Source: Carcharhinus amblyrhynchos (Eukaryota). Taken from it: DNA of 64,000 nt. The DNA is taken from the NCBI GenBank assembly GCA_965287045.1, contig OZ336876.1, positions 1,736,001-1,800,000 on the forward strand. Direction: 5' to 3'. Of this stretch, positions 25,362 through 39,234 are shown piece after piece; within the stretch, counting starts at the first letter, position 1; every line of letters starts with the position of its first letter. The notes beneath the pieces are model-generated. The model was given only the letters and a program-made list of their open reading frames with translations. It was not told the origin of the DNA and ran no database searches. The position numbers and the translations under genes were made by a program.

Positions 25362-26479
25362 CTACGAATCATAACACCACTACCAACATGCTAGGGATTA
25401 CCACTGACCAGATACAGTACTGGACCAACTATGCATCAAGACTAGGTCAAATTTGAACTCTGTCACAAGTAACTCACGTTCTGTCGTCCCAAATCATGGC
25501 CAATATCTGCAAAGCTCAAGTCAGAAGCATAACTAAATACACTTTACTTATGTTGATGGCTTGAGCCATCCAGGACAAAGCAAATGGTTTGAGTCGTACC
25601 CCATCGACCACCTTCAAAAGACATTTACTCCACCTTCAGCGGGCAGTGACAGCAATGTATGCCATTTACAAAATGTACGGCAGCAACTCACCAAAGCTCC
25701 TTAGACAACACCTTTGAAATCAAGGGGCGCTTTCATGTAGAAGAGCAGGGTCAGCAAACGCAAGGGGGCAGAAGTTCCCCTCCCATCACCACCTTGGCCC
25801 CTATCATCGTTCACTTACTGTTGCTGCATTAAAATGCTGAAACTTTTTCCGAACAACATTGTGGGCGTAAACTAATAACATCGCTGACAACAGTACAAGA
25901 AGGGCAATTGTACATAGGCAATACAAATGTCAGCCTAGCTGTCGACGTCCACGCCCGGGGATATAATTGGGAACAAAATATCGCATAATAGTTGATGCTC
26001 AAAATGTCTGACAACTGTTTAAAAGTGTCCTCATGGGATTTCCCAATTAGTGTTTGTGAACTCACACACCTTCCCAAATATCCGGTACATTTCCCAAATT
26101 CTAAGCATCCCACATATCCCACATATGCTACATATAACCTTACAGTTAATCAGGGCATAGCTACCGCCATATCCTCCCAGAAGGCCACTCAAAGTTCCTT
26201 GAAATCCACACTGAAAAAACTCACTTTGGTCTAGATTTCCATCACCTGCCTAAACATCTGTTTATTATTCATATTGTGTGTGTCTGAGCCACTTACTGTA
26301 TGGCAATAGCTGCCTTGAGCCATTACAGGATATTTGGTACAGAATAAAGTGCAACACAACATAACAACATTTTAAGAATTAAATTGATTGTCATAACAAT
26401 CATGCACGAATAAAGTTTCTGGCATTTCAATTGTTATGAAGATCACTAACTCACCATACCATTAACTCAGATTTGATTA

Positions 26480-27716
26480 AACTATTGGTATGTTTTGAGG
26501 ATGTAACTAGTAGAGCTGATTCAGGAGATCAAATGGATGTGGTTTATTTAGGGTTTCAGAAGGCGTTCCACAAGATCTCACATAATAGACTACTAGGTAA
26601 ATTTAAAGCACACAGGATGGCAGGTAATATCTTGAAGTGCATAGAGGGCTGGCTAGCAGATGGGAAACAAAGGGTTAGCATACATGAGCCTTTTTCTGAT
26701 TGGCAATCAGTGACTGGTGGTTTTCTACGAGGATCTGTGCTAGGACTCCAGCTGTCCACATTACATATTAATGATTTGAAAGAGGAAACTGAATATATTA
26801 TGTCCAAGCATTCGACGAATAAAAGTTGGTAGGGAAGATGTGCTGTGAGATGGGTGCAGAGATGCTTCTGCGTGATTTGGAGAGGCTGAGTGTGTGAGCA
26901 TCTGCATGACATATGCAGTATACTATGGATAAATGCAAGGTTATCGACGTTGGTAGCAACAATAGGAGGACAGGTTACTATGTGGATGGGTGTAAATTGA
27001 GAGAAGTGTATGCTGAATGAGACCTTGAAATCCTCGTGCATCAGTCTTTCAAAGTAAGCCCACAGGTAGGAAAGAAGGCAAATGGTATTTTGGCCTTCAT
27101 AACGAAAACATTTGAACAGTGGGATAGGGAGGTTTAACTGCTAGTTTATAAGGCGTTGATGAAGCCACGCCCGGCGTATTGTGTGGCGTTTTAGTGTCCT
27201 TCTCTGAGGAAGAATGCCCTTGGTATAGAGGGAGTGCAGCAATATTTTATTAGGCTGATTCCTGGCTTGGCAGGTCTGCGCTATGAGGGGAGTCTAGGGA
27301 GGTTGGGATTATATTCAATGGAGTTTAGAAGACTAAGAAAAAATCTAATAGAAACTTCTAAAATTCTAACAGTGTTAGACAAGGTAGATTCAGAATGAAT
27401 GTTCCTCATGATGGGGAAGTCCAGAACGAGGGGAAATGGTTTGAGAATAAGAGAACTGACTGAAGGAAAACTTTTTCATCCAGAGGTGGTGCGTGTGTGG
27501 AATTCAGTATCACAAAACGTAGTTGAGGCCAAAACGCTGTGTGATTTCAAGAATAACGTATATAGCTCTTGGGGCTAAAGGGATGAAGAGATATGGGATG
27601 AAAGAAGGATCAGGGTATTGAATTCGATGATCAGCCATGATCAAGATGAATGGCGGAGCAGAACCGAAGGGTCGAATGACCTACTGTTGTTTCTAATTTT
27701 TATGTTTCTATGTTTC
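26480..27716 (+). mobile_element. Decayed CR1 LINE (RT plus 3' UTR)
   Basis: ORF 26473-26832: DVVYLGFQKAFHKISH...GSVLGLQL...INDL; tail tatgtttctatgtttct. Confidence 0.9.
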
Positions 27717-28724
27717 TTTTTGCTAATCTTAGCCACATCCATATGATTGTTAACATTTGCTTAATGGTTTTGTCAGTTTCATATTGCTGCGAATCCGGTC
27801 AATAGAAACAGGATGTGAAAATGTTTATAACAATGCCACATATCCTCCTCGATGGGCGTTGTTCCTGACCTTAATGCAAAATTAGTGTTGCAGTTTTTGC
27901 CGTCTTCCTCAAGCCTGAACGGCACGAAAAGTTTCTTATTTCAAATCAATTGATTATGGTGACGCTATTGTACCGTTGGTGTTTGGGGTGGAGTGGGAGG
28001 AAGGTTTCAGTAGTGGCGGATGGATGACTGCGGAATGCATAATCCAAGCCCCAACGCCCAACAATACTTCTGTCATTTTAAGTGAATGTCTATGAGGAAG
28101 GGCCCTGCAGATAAATCTTTTCTCTTTCTCGCAAATAGTACCATCAATGTATCTCTCCAGATATAAATATAAATATAATTAAACATGTAAGAATGGCGCA
28201 TTGTGATAACTAGTGACTCACCCCGAGCTCTCCCAATGTCCAGTAAAAGTGAAATAAAAGCGAAAAAATAAATTTAAACCTATCGCTGAAAATGTATATT
28301 TAAATATCCACTTTCATAAACAACAACGGGAAGAATCTTTTAATTTTTCATATTTGATAAAATTAAGCGCCTGCGATGGAAAATCTACTCCGGACTATTG
28401 GCACACAATGGGAACCCGTCGGTTCGGTGCAGTGCTAATGCGTCTCTAGACTGAGGATGTCGCCTTAGAGGTAATAAATAGTTGGATAATTTGGGACTAG
28501 AACTGGAGGGGGCTAATGCTCAGAATATGACAATTCCCAGGTCAGTTATTTACACTTGCAGTGGAGAATCCCAACACAGTTTGGAACTCATAATCCAGTA
28601 GCTGTATGTTCCTACTCAACATACTAAATTGACTCAATGCCATTTCTCACAAGCTTTACAAAATATATCGCAGAACAAGGCTATTGAAAACAGACAGCGC
28701 CCTCTCATCCCCCCTCCCCCCCCC

Positions 28725-28860
28725 GCACACAGACGCGCATGCGCGCGAGCAAGCGCACACACACACACACACACTCTCTCTCTTGCGCGCACTCTCTCCC
28801 TAACAGCCACACACACACACACATACACATGTAGGTATACACACACGCACACATATATAT
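28725..28860. repeat. (CA)n/(CG)/(CT) compound microsatellite
   Basis: Direct inspection. Confidence 0.85.
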
Positions 28861-29985
28861 CTATGCTCCTACCAGAGTAAAAGTAAAGCAATGGTAGTTG
28901 TCAGTTGAGTTGACATTTCCCTGCAAAGATAATCTGGAGGCCAATGCTACCACCCCAGAGATTTGAGTAGAGCTCGTGATATTAAAGTCAGTTCGTGAAT
29001 CTGGGAATATGGGGGCAATCTCCCCAAGAGAAACCATGCATTGCTGCAACAAAAAAAAATCTGCCTCAACAATTTGGAAGGAAATTTCTCTCACTTATTC
29101 AGTCTGACCTACACATGATTGCAAACAGGCAGCAATGCGTTGAGAGTGAACTACCCTCTGAAATGGCTTTGCAAACTGCACAACCCAAACGCGATTTGGG
29201 ATGGCTAACAATATAGTCCCGTCAGTAGTGCAAGTATCTGTTGTAAAATGAAGGAACACTCGGATAGAAGTATGCATCTATATATACGTAGCACCGAGAT
29301 TATGGGGAAAGGCCGGATTTTCTGTAAAAGTATTTCCAGTAATAAAAAGTCAGTCCCTCAAACGAAGCATGACGAATCAGTTGACTGAAGAAGGCAGAAG
29401 TTCCTTCTTACATTGGCACATCTGTTTCTTTTCCTGTTTTCCTATTTTTGATGTAGCCTATTTAAGCTTCCCCCATAATCTTACCTTTTATCTCTGCGTA
29501 TATCTCTAAACCCCTTTGCTTCTCTACTCCAAACAAGCTTGTATGCTCGACATACACCACCCCACATGTTAAAATTGGCACGAGACAATGCATAAAAAAA
29601 ATAAAATGTTTAATCACTTAATCACAAAAGTATCCGCACAACATGTTTTTTTAAAAAAAGTCAAATTCGGAGCTCGCAAACCTAACACGAAAGCTGGCTG
29701 TAATCTTAATTGTTGTTGAAACACTACACAATGTTCTGTATAAGTCCAAACTTGTAGTTTAATTGATGGCGTTGCTTACCCAAATAAAAGAAAAATCGCC
29801 ATAGTGCCAAATAACCATCGGTTGCTCTAACTGGTGGTGATCACCACACAGCAGGTGAGGAGTAAAGCTGGAAAGGCGGGCATCAATAACCTCTGGGAGT
29901 CCGGGATTGAATCCGCAGTGTTTCCATCGCTCTGCATCAGTAACCTAACCATCTGCCTAGCAAAAGGAGCAATACAAGTACTCAC

Positions 29986-30025
29986 CCAGTGAGAGGAGAA
30001 GGACCGCTGGGAACATCCTGTACAT
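29986..30025 (-). CDS. Gene A putative leader exon S1: (MYR)MFPAVLLLSL-G
   Basis: ATG at 30016 (in-frame upstream ATG at 30025), hydrophobic codons and a phase-1 donor CTGG|gtgagt. Coding length is 31 or 40 nt, typical of split-leader IgSF receptors. Confidence 0.6.
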
Positions 30026-31133
30026 AGAATGTGCGGGGAGGTGGGAAACCGAAGGTAAGGTCAATGACGCACCTACACGCATGACCTTCGCCCCAGTAAC
30101 ACATCAATTTTAAACGCTTTGCTACCTACACCGGATATCACAACTACAGCACAGTGGAAAACTCCAAGGCGCAAAAACCATATTTGGTTGTTCCGGAGTT
30201 AAACAGTAAACCAGTGAATCAGCCGGGTAGCAAGAAACAGGAAGTACAGTTTGACGGGTTAATCTACATTACATTAAAAAACGTCAGTGATCTGCATTAT
30301 AATCAATCAATAGGGTAACAGAGTGATGTCAATTAATTACATATAACACGTAATATTTAATTAATTGAAGCATTGTTCAATGTTTCCCTTTACCTGTTGG
30401 TGACCCCAATGAGTTGCAGTGTGTCCAGCGTTGCCTTCTGACCACTTCAGGCGTCCGTTTCTACCTGCTGCAGCCAGTGTAGAGAAACTGAGTCACCACT
30501 GTGCTTATGCAAGGGTGGGAAAAATGGCCAAGACAATGGGGTTCATCTTGCCTGCTTGGCAATGCGATTTCTCGGGGACAACAATGGGAAAACAAGGTTT
30601 CCACCTGCAGAGAAAAATAAAACTGAGTTGCTGCCAGTGCTCTCAGGAATATTTATTGTTTTCAACGTCAGGTTTGCTGCAGGCACTCAGGCTTAACCCT
30701 ACAGTGACCAGTCGAATGCACATTGTAAGAAGAATTTCGTAACTCAGGGGACCCTTGGTGCATGAATCACGGAAGGCTAGTGTGCAGATACAGCAAGTAG
30801 ATAAGAAAGTTCATAGCATGCTTAATTTCATTGTGAGGAGAATTGATTATCAAAGTGGGGAGGCTATGAATCGACTGTACAGGATATTTGTGAGGCAATG
30901 TTGTTGAGTTCATTCCTTAATTTAGTATGTAAAGATGTTGGAAATAAACGTTCCAATTTGGTTTTGTTTGTTGTTCTTTCACAGGACGTGGGTGTTGCTG
31001 GCGATGCCAGAGTTATTGCCCATCCCTAAATGTCTGTGAGGACGCAGTTATGTGTCAAGCATATTGCTGTGGATCTGGGCTCACACGTAGGCCAGGCCAG
31101 CTAAGGATGGCAGATTTCATTCCTTTACTTTAT

Positions 31134-31350
31134 GGGCGGCACGGTAGCACAGTGGTTAGTACTGCTGCTTCATAGCTTCAGGGCCCTGGGTTCGATTCGC
31201 TGCTCGGGTCACTGTCTGTGTGGAGTTTGTACATTCTTCTCGTGTCTGCGTGGGTTTCCTCTGGGTACTCCGCTTCCCTCCCACATTCCAAAGATGTGCA
31301 GGTTAGATTGATTGGCCATGCAAGAAATTTCCCCTTAGTGTCCAGGGATG
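31134..31350 (+). mobile_element. HE1-like SINE, 3'-truncated
   Basis: gggcggcacggtagcacagtggttagtactgctgc...ggttcgattc...ccttagtgtccagggatg. Confidence 0.85.
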
Positions 31351-32449
31351 TGGCCTACTTTAGTTCCATATGCTTATTAATATTTCTAAAAATCAATGCT
31401 TAGTTCTAACTTTCGATTCTTAATTTTTGTCCAAACTTGTGCGCTTAGTTTCGGGTTAAACCACCGAATTTCGTCTTGGGCACATGCACTGACATCCTGC
31501 AAGGTATCCAGTTCACTTCCTTCTACTCTGAAAGTGGATGAGTAAGGAACAACGGAGAGACCTAATGAAGATGGTGCGATTGTTTACCATAGAATAACAT
31601 TCAGCTCCAAGCCTAACCCAGTAATTTCTGGTCCTTGCCAACTGTGCTGTTCATATTATTTCCAACCTGAATGCGAAATCGTGGGGGCGGGGTGGGGGGG
31701 AGGGTTATAATATTTCAACTCCAACTCGACGAACAGCGTTTCTTCTTCCTACCAGACATTCTGAAAACATTTTGGCCGTGAGAATATTCAGTTTACTACC
31801 TTTTGTTTTAAACACCTTCCATTTTCAGTTCCGGTTAACTTCTTTGCTGTAACCCTTTTCTTCTCTGCTGACCGTATTTTCAATTCCCATATGTGTCTCA
31901 TTATTTCCTCACGTTGCCTTGCATCTTGCTTAATCACCTATGCATACTACCGTGTTTAAAACTTCTTTTTAAATGTTTTTCCGTTCATTCCCTTAGCTAT
32001 AGTGTTGTAGATATCATGCCGAATGTCCAGTTTACAAGTTTCTTCACTGTTGCTACAACAGAAGGTCAGAATGTCAACTTTCTTTCTCATTCCAACAATG
32101 CCATCTGACCATGTGAACGTTGCCAACATGTTGTGTCTCTGTTGAATGTTATGTTAATATCTACTCAGGGTAAAGGCCCAAATGTTTTAGTGGCGCCTCC
32201 ATGACATAGATAAATCAACACGTCAAAGAGCACGCGCACCCATCTTAGAAATTGTTACTCAAGTACTAAAACTCAAAACCATAGCTCTCGGTACTTTCCA
32301 ACCATACCAATGAGAATAGGGGTCTCCCAGAAATTCCGCTCTAAGTGAGACACCATTCTGACTTGCACCCAGGTCAGCCGTTGTTTCGCTACCGCTTGGT
32401 AGAGAGCAAGTAATTCACATCACTCTGAGCATAACTAATTGGTATTGAA

Positions 32450-33310
32450 TTTGATTGATTTGATTTCAGTTCCTAATGTCACATGCATTAACATACAGTG
32501 AAAAGTATTGTTTCTTGCGCGCAATGCATACTGTTCATTGAGAAGGAAATTAAAGAGTGGAGAATGTAGTGTTAGTCATAGCTAGGATGTAGCGATAGAT
32601 GAAATTAATTCAAGGTAAGTACATTCAAAAGTCTGACAGCAGCAGGGAAGAAGCTGTTCTTGAGTCGGTCGGTACCTGACCTCAGACTTTTGTATTTTTT
32701 TCCGGCGGAAGAAGGTGGAAGGAAGAATGTGCGGGGGTCCTTAATTATGTTGGTTGCTTTGCTGAGGCAGCGGGAGGTGTAGACAGAGTCGGTGAATGGG
32801 AGGCTGATTTGCGTGATGGATTAGCCGACATTCACAACCTTTTGTAGTTTCTTGCGGCCTTGGACAGAGCACGAGGCATAACAAGCTGTGATACAACCAG
32901 AAATAGTGCTTTCTGTGGTGCAACATTAAAAGGTGGTGAGGGTCGCACCTGACATGTCCAAATGTCCTTAGTCTTCTGAGAAAGTAGAGGCGTTGATGGA
33001 CTTTCTTAACTATGGTATCGGCATGGGGGGAGCAGGACAGGTTGTTGGTGATCTGGGCACCTAAAAAGAAATGAAGCTCCTGACCCTTTCTAATTCGTCC
33101 CCATTAATGTAGCCAGGGACATGTCCCACTTTAAACTTCCTGAAGTCGATGACAATCTCTTCGTTTTGTTGACATTGAAAGCGAGATCGTTGTTGCCATA
33201 CCAGTTCACCAGATTCTCCGTCTTATTCCTGTACTCTGTCTCATCATAGTTTGAAATCCGACCCACTACGGTGGTGTCGTCAGGAAACTTGAAAATCGAA
33301 TCGGATGGAA
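32450..33310 (-). mobile_element. Rex1/Babar-like LINE 3' fragment
   Basis: Highly similar to 45405-46310; (ttgat)n tail; FKF-x-DDTTVVGRISN motif on the minus strand. Confidence 0.8.
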
Positions 33311-34234
33311 GTGGGATTTTAAGGGCCTCTCTCAGGGAGAATGCATGCTTGACATATTAACTACAGGGCAGTCCAGTAAGAAAAAAGAAACAGAAAACAG
33401 TTTGGTTCCAGTTGATGCTGCTATCGCTCTGGTAATGTACGAGGTTCCTGATATCGAAAAACAATCATAAATAATCGTCAACCATGCTCAAGTCTGAATA
33501 GATGTTTTGTGATCCTACATTGAATTCAGTAGCGAACACAGTGTTGCTAATTTGGTGCTACTATAGGGTCATGAAGCTCTAGGGCACAGGAAAAACTCTG
33601 TTAGCCTATCCACTCTTTGCAGATACATTGTGTATGGTATCGGTCATCATGAGAATTAATTCGGTCCATGTGATGCTGCAGTGGATTGTTAGAGCATACA
33701 CTTTTTTTTCTACTTTGTGGCTAGCTTTGGTTTCAAAGCCCGATGTGACACATGACAGTCACATGACAATTATTTTAATATTAATAGCTGAGGCGTATGT
33801 TATCTTCTACATAAATACTGGTGTGTACATAGACATAAGTTCAGCATTGTTAGAAGAATTCATTAATAATTTTCACCTATTGTCACTCAACTGGAGAAAT
33901 GATGATATTTTTATGATATTTATCGAGACCTGTTGCTGAATAAATACTCAAAGGACCTGTCAATAGACCAATTCTTCAATCCGTGCTGATGCCAATATTA
34001 TCAATAGCAAATATCAAACTATAAAGGATTGCCTGGAGTTTATGTTTTCCAATTAATACATTTGACTTACAAATTTATTCTCTCCCCCGCCTCGATACCT
34101 ACATTGTTCTCATCACGCTATGAGCTAAGCTTTCAATTTCTATCTCCTTCTTGTGACTCTATTGTGATCATGTTTCGTACTCCCGACCCTGGGAAGTATT
34201 TCGTGCGATGTTCAACATATGAAGTGTCTCCACA

Positions 34235-34359
34235 GACACACGGATACAGATACACCCACCCACACACATAGACACACACACTCTTACTCTCTTATACGCA
34301 CACAAACACACTCACACAAGCACACAAACTGACATACATACTGACAGACAGACAGACAG

Positions 34360-34390
<31 letters not shown>

Positions 34391-34490
34391 CACAGACACA
34401 CATATATACTGACACACTACACACTCTCTCATACACAAACACATTCACACAAGCACGGGCATACTGACACACACACACACACACGCATAC
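34235..34490. repeat. Degenerate (CA)n/(CAGA)n microsatellite
   Basis: Direct inspection. Confidence 0.85.
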
Positions 34491-36929
34491 ACGGGTGCGG
34501 GGCGGGAGGGCGTGTGGCGCAGAGTGGGAATGTCATTTGCTTGGCTTTTTGTTATCATGGGCGAGAGTCAAGTGGCAATGTTAGTTGCATTATTTCCTAT
34601 GGCTACTTTCAGATATTAATTCGACATGCACAAAAAGAGAAACGTATTTGTCTTGCAGCTAAAGCCTGGAGTCTGGCATTTAAGTAGGCAACTATTTTCA
34701 AAGCAGGCGGATTCAGGATTTTCCTTTTTGTGTTGAAAGGGCCTATTGTTCTTTGTCGGTAAGGGAAGCTTAATAAACACAAGGGGGAGACAAAACATAA
34801 GTCAACACTGGCTAATTTAATGTGGTGTCCTGGTGGGAAGGGGGGGGGGGGGCAGGCACTTTAGTAGCTCCGCTGCCAAATGCGCTGTGCCTCTGTTCTA
34901 CTGATTGGGTGTGCTATTAACCATTTTACAAACATATTCCATTTTCGTTCTGCAGGTGCATTTTGAAAGCTTCCAGCTCCTTTCTTATATAGTGGGGTAT
35001 GAAGTACCCGGTACTATTCCGAAATAAGAGACAACGCGGACTACTTGTCTTGGGCCATTCAGTTGTTAGAGCAGATCGGCTAGACGGATGAAATTGAAGA
35101 CAAACCCTTGGATTAACGTCTCTGCGCCTCATGTCCCTGAGTGTCACACAGGGCAAGATCACTATCTCCAAAATGAAGCAAGACTGAAGCTGGGATCAGC
35201 CTCGACTGCACTTTCCAGGTAACAGGAAAATACGTAACAGATGTGCTTATGTACTGTTTTTGAATTTCGTTATAGAAAATTATATTAAATGCATATGTTT
35301 CCTTAATGACAACCATTCAGGAATGGGGTCATGATGAAACATAAATTTTATATTTATAATTCCTTCGAACTTCAAATACGTTTTAAAATGTGCACCCGAT
35401 TTTTAGCAGGCGTGGTACTGTTCACGGCGTCAGATTATTTCTGTTGAATTGATCTTTTTCTTAAAGATTATGCAGCTATTTATAACTGATTAGGAGACGG
35501 GAATTCGTTAGCGCGCGTAAGATTTGGTGAAACACATTTTGACCAGATAATCATAGATTTATTAGGTATCGAGGAAGCTGATGGCATAGCATACTAATTT
35601 GACAACATTAAAATAATAGTATGCAATATTATGGCTCGTATATCCAATCAACTCTCTTCTGGATAGTGGAAGTATGGCGACCAGTTAATTATAATTGAAC
35701 CGGTAACTAATCTGCTGGTTGTGAGGAGAGTTCCTATGCATAGTGATTCTCACGCTTACAGAGTAAGAGGTCAAAACGTCATTAAGACATTCAGCCCCTT
35801 GAAACTGACTCACAGTCCACTTCGATCATGGCTGACCAAAGCCACAACTCCATTGCACTTTCTTTGCTTCATTTTGTTTCACTGCAATTAACTTATACAT
35901 ATCTACCATGTAAGCTCTGCGGCGACATATACTGGTGGAGAGATTCCAAAATTCTGCTAAGCCTCTTGTATCTAAAATGCTTTGAGACTTCCATTCAGAA
36001 TGGCTCTGAACTAATATTTATATCGCATTTTTTTTACCTTGATATGCAGCCATTGGAATTAAATAACATGTCCCTGAATTTTACGACCGATCGAACACAT
36101 GTTGCTAATTTTCCGCCATAACCTAAAAGGGATAGCCATTTCCAAATTTCTATTTAGTCGGCTTCTTACTTAACGCATGAGAATGAAAGCAAATGTTCCC
36201 CAGGGGAAACTAAACCTGTTGTATCTGAAATAGATTGTGCTGCCTGGGCGTCAAGGCGGCCTAAGAAAGCACAACATCTTACCAGTTTATTTAGTTTTCC
36301 TTTCTTCCTGAACTTTTGATTGCCTTCCTACTTTTTTCTTCGTAATTATGCTTTAATTTGCTGGCGAGTTTTTCCGTTGGTGCAAGATCAGTTGTAATTC
36401 AAATGGAAGAAGAAAAACAAAACCAATTTGAAAAGAACGTGCAATTATGAGAGGATTTTAACAAGGATAAAGAAGCCAAACCAATAAGTATTTTTCTTGA
36501 CGACGTCAGGTGGTGGTTATATGGTCATACGCTTAATTTTCGGACACCTATGCTAATAGCCTTCGGGTTAGCTTCCAGATCCTAGCACTGGGCGTGGTGG
36601 AATCTAAACTCGGTTCATAAACTATCTGGAACCTAAGAATGATATAATAGTGACCGCGAGGCGACAATTTCTTGATGTAAAAGCCCGGCCCCTTCACCAA
36701 ATTCCTTTAGGCATTGAAATGCGCCGTCCTTGCCTGATCTGGCCTTAATGTGACTCCAGAATCACAACAATATAGATGTCCCTTAACTTACCTCGGAAAT
36801 AGTCCAGCAAGCCACCCTGTTTAGGGACGGATGGTAAATACTGCCCATGTTGGCCATCGCTTGAATTAAGAATGAAAAAAAACAGGAGATATTATAAGAA
36901 ATGCAAAATCAGGTCTAATATTATTTTTG

Positions 36930-37560
36930 CAGACATGTTAATGCAATCTCGTTAAGGTCGATGCAGTTAACGCGGACATCACCAAAGGGCCTTTGATATG
37001 GTATCACATGGGGGCATTTTAAAGTGAATTGCACATTAGCCATATTTCATTCCTGCCGGTTGCAGGAAGATTGGTCAGATGGACATTGCAGTGATAGATC
37101 ATATTTAACACTGACAACTGCAAGGTGATGCCCTTTGTAAGAAGAAATAAGATTAGGGAGCATTCAATGAATGCCAAGACACTTAGAATCTGAGAGGAGA
37201 AGAAGGATCTTAGGGTAATTATTCACAGATCCCTGAATTCATCAAAACACGTCAATATGATAATTAAGAAGACATATTAGACATTGCTTTCATTCATTCG
37301 TGGTATAAGATCAAGGAGACAATCTTGGAGGTGCATAGAATGTTTTTAGGCCACATTTGGTGTACTGTTTGCAGTTCTGGTCACCTCACTCTAGGAAGGA
37401 TGTGATAACACTGGAGGGGATACAGAGGAGGTTCATCAGGATATTGCCTGGGATGGAGCATCTGAGTAATAAGGAGAAGCTAGATAGGCTTAGATTGTTT
37501 TTGTACAGCAGGAATGGCTGAGGGGGGAGATGTTTGACGGAGAGAGAGAGAGAGAGAGAA
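36930..37560 (+). mobile_element. Decayed CR1 fragment ending in (GA)n
   Basis: ggccacatttggtgtactgtttgcagttctggtcacc...cagaggaggttcatcaggatattgcctggg. Confidence 0.7.
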
Positions 37561-39234
37561 TACCTCTTGTTCTGCATGACTGCCAGACAATTTCATTTTT
37601 TATTCACGTATTCTTTTTAATGCGTACATAATGCTGCCTCCTCATATCTTGTCATCTGTGCGCGTTGTTATTTCTCAATTTCCAAGAGGTGATGTTCTGC
37701 ACGCATCTATTCAGGGGCTGCAGGCGCATTAAGCGAGTAGTCAGGTATGCGACAGCCACAATTGATGTTGTGTAAGTGTTACACAGTTCGGGCGTGGTAA
37801 CGTTACATTTGTGCTGATCTAAAATAGAAACCATGAACTCGAGAACAGGAAATAGTTTTGCGACGGTAATTGCGGATTGGCAGTTTAGCTTCCCTAAAAT
37901 CGCATTAGTGAAGCAGGTAGACTTTCTTATCAAGTGTTTTCTTGGCCAAGATTAGAGGGAAAATGATTTTATCCCTGACTCGTGAGTTTGTTGAAGACAA
38001 CTCTGATTCGCCGTGACAGGATTTGAATGCGTGTGCCCAGATCAGTCTGGAATCAAGAGTTCAGACCGCAGCAAATGGTTGTGTAGAATTTTAGCTTCAA
38101 ATTCCTTCTGACTGTGATTCAAACTTTTTGAAATTTAAGAATGCCTGATTGCAGATCCTTCACCAACAAAACAACAGTTTCAGCTGCAGAAGCAGTCAGA
38201 TCTCTCAATAACAAACGAATAATAACGTTATCAATTAATAAAGTATTTATAATCATCACAGGCTTTTTACTGACACCTGAGCAGTCAATATCCAGAAACT
38301 AGTTTTTATTGTTCCTGCTGCTGGGTAAAGCATTGTTATTGTACTCCAATGTTTGTGTGAATAAATTACCAACAGTTCCAACAATGAGAGGACCAAGCAC
38401 AGGCGAGACAAAGAACTGGGTGAGATTGCAAGTGATTCCAAAGTACCTAAGAGGGTAAATTAATTTCGCGCTGTGCAGAGTTCACACAAATGCTTTAAGA
38501 AGTAGATGTAATATATTGTGGTGCTGGCGAAATGAGACTGTATTCGCTAGGCAGTTTAAAACTGTTGTTGGAGGTTAAGAAAATGCTTGAACATGGGCAA
38601 ATAGGGAGTGGAATGTGTGGTGGGCAGAAAAAGTGCATACCGGGCAGACTCAAGGAGGATTTGAATAAACGTAGCGATTTACTACCGAAAGTTTCAGTTG
38701 TCAAATAGTCAGTCACTTTCATAAATTAGCAAATACGAGGACGCTTTGCACGCAGCAAGTTTCCAAATCTAGAGATGAGGAAAACATCCAAATGAGTTGA
38801 TGTCGTGATGTTATTTCAGGGACAATATTTGAACAGAAATAATTTAATTTTGAATAATAACAACATGATGATGCCCAGACGGTGATTTGGTGTTAATGTT
38901 AGTAAATTATTAATACAGGCACCCGTTCTGGCGACATGGCTACCAACAAAGCCTGGTGGGATTCAAAATAACTCAAACATCTGGAAGTAAATTCTGGCCT
39001 CAACACTGATGGCCTGATGGGAAGGAAAATTGACATCTTTAATCTATGTGGCCAACATATATCTCCAAGCTCATATTGATGCTGTTAATTATTATCTTCC
39101 ATCTGCAATCATCAGAGAAGCATTTCTGTTCTCGGGCATAAAATGGGCACCGTTCCAGCGTTATGCACACATGATCAAACAATTAATGTTTAAATGACAC
39201 ATCTGTGATTAGATAGAATAGTAGGCATGGAGTC

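Noticed and set aside
30150-30179. RSS-like cacagtg...gcaaaaacc
   Set aside because: The spacer is 14 nt (not 12 or 22/23) and no V or D coding segment precedes it.
30394-30604. Minus-strand 211-nt segment with strong acceptor and donor
   Set aside because: No recognisable coding product; it may be a UTR exon or repeat-derived, and cannot be supported from sequence alone.
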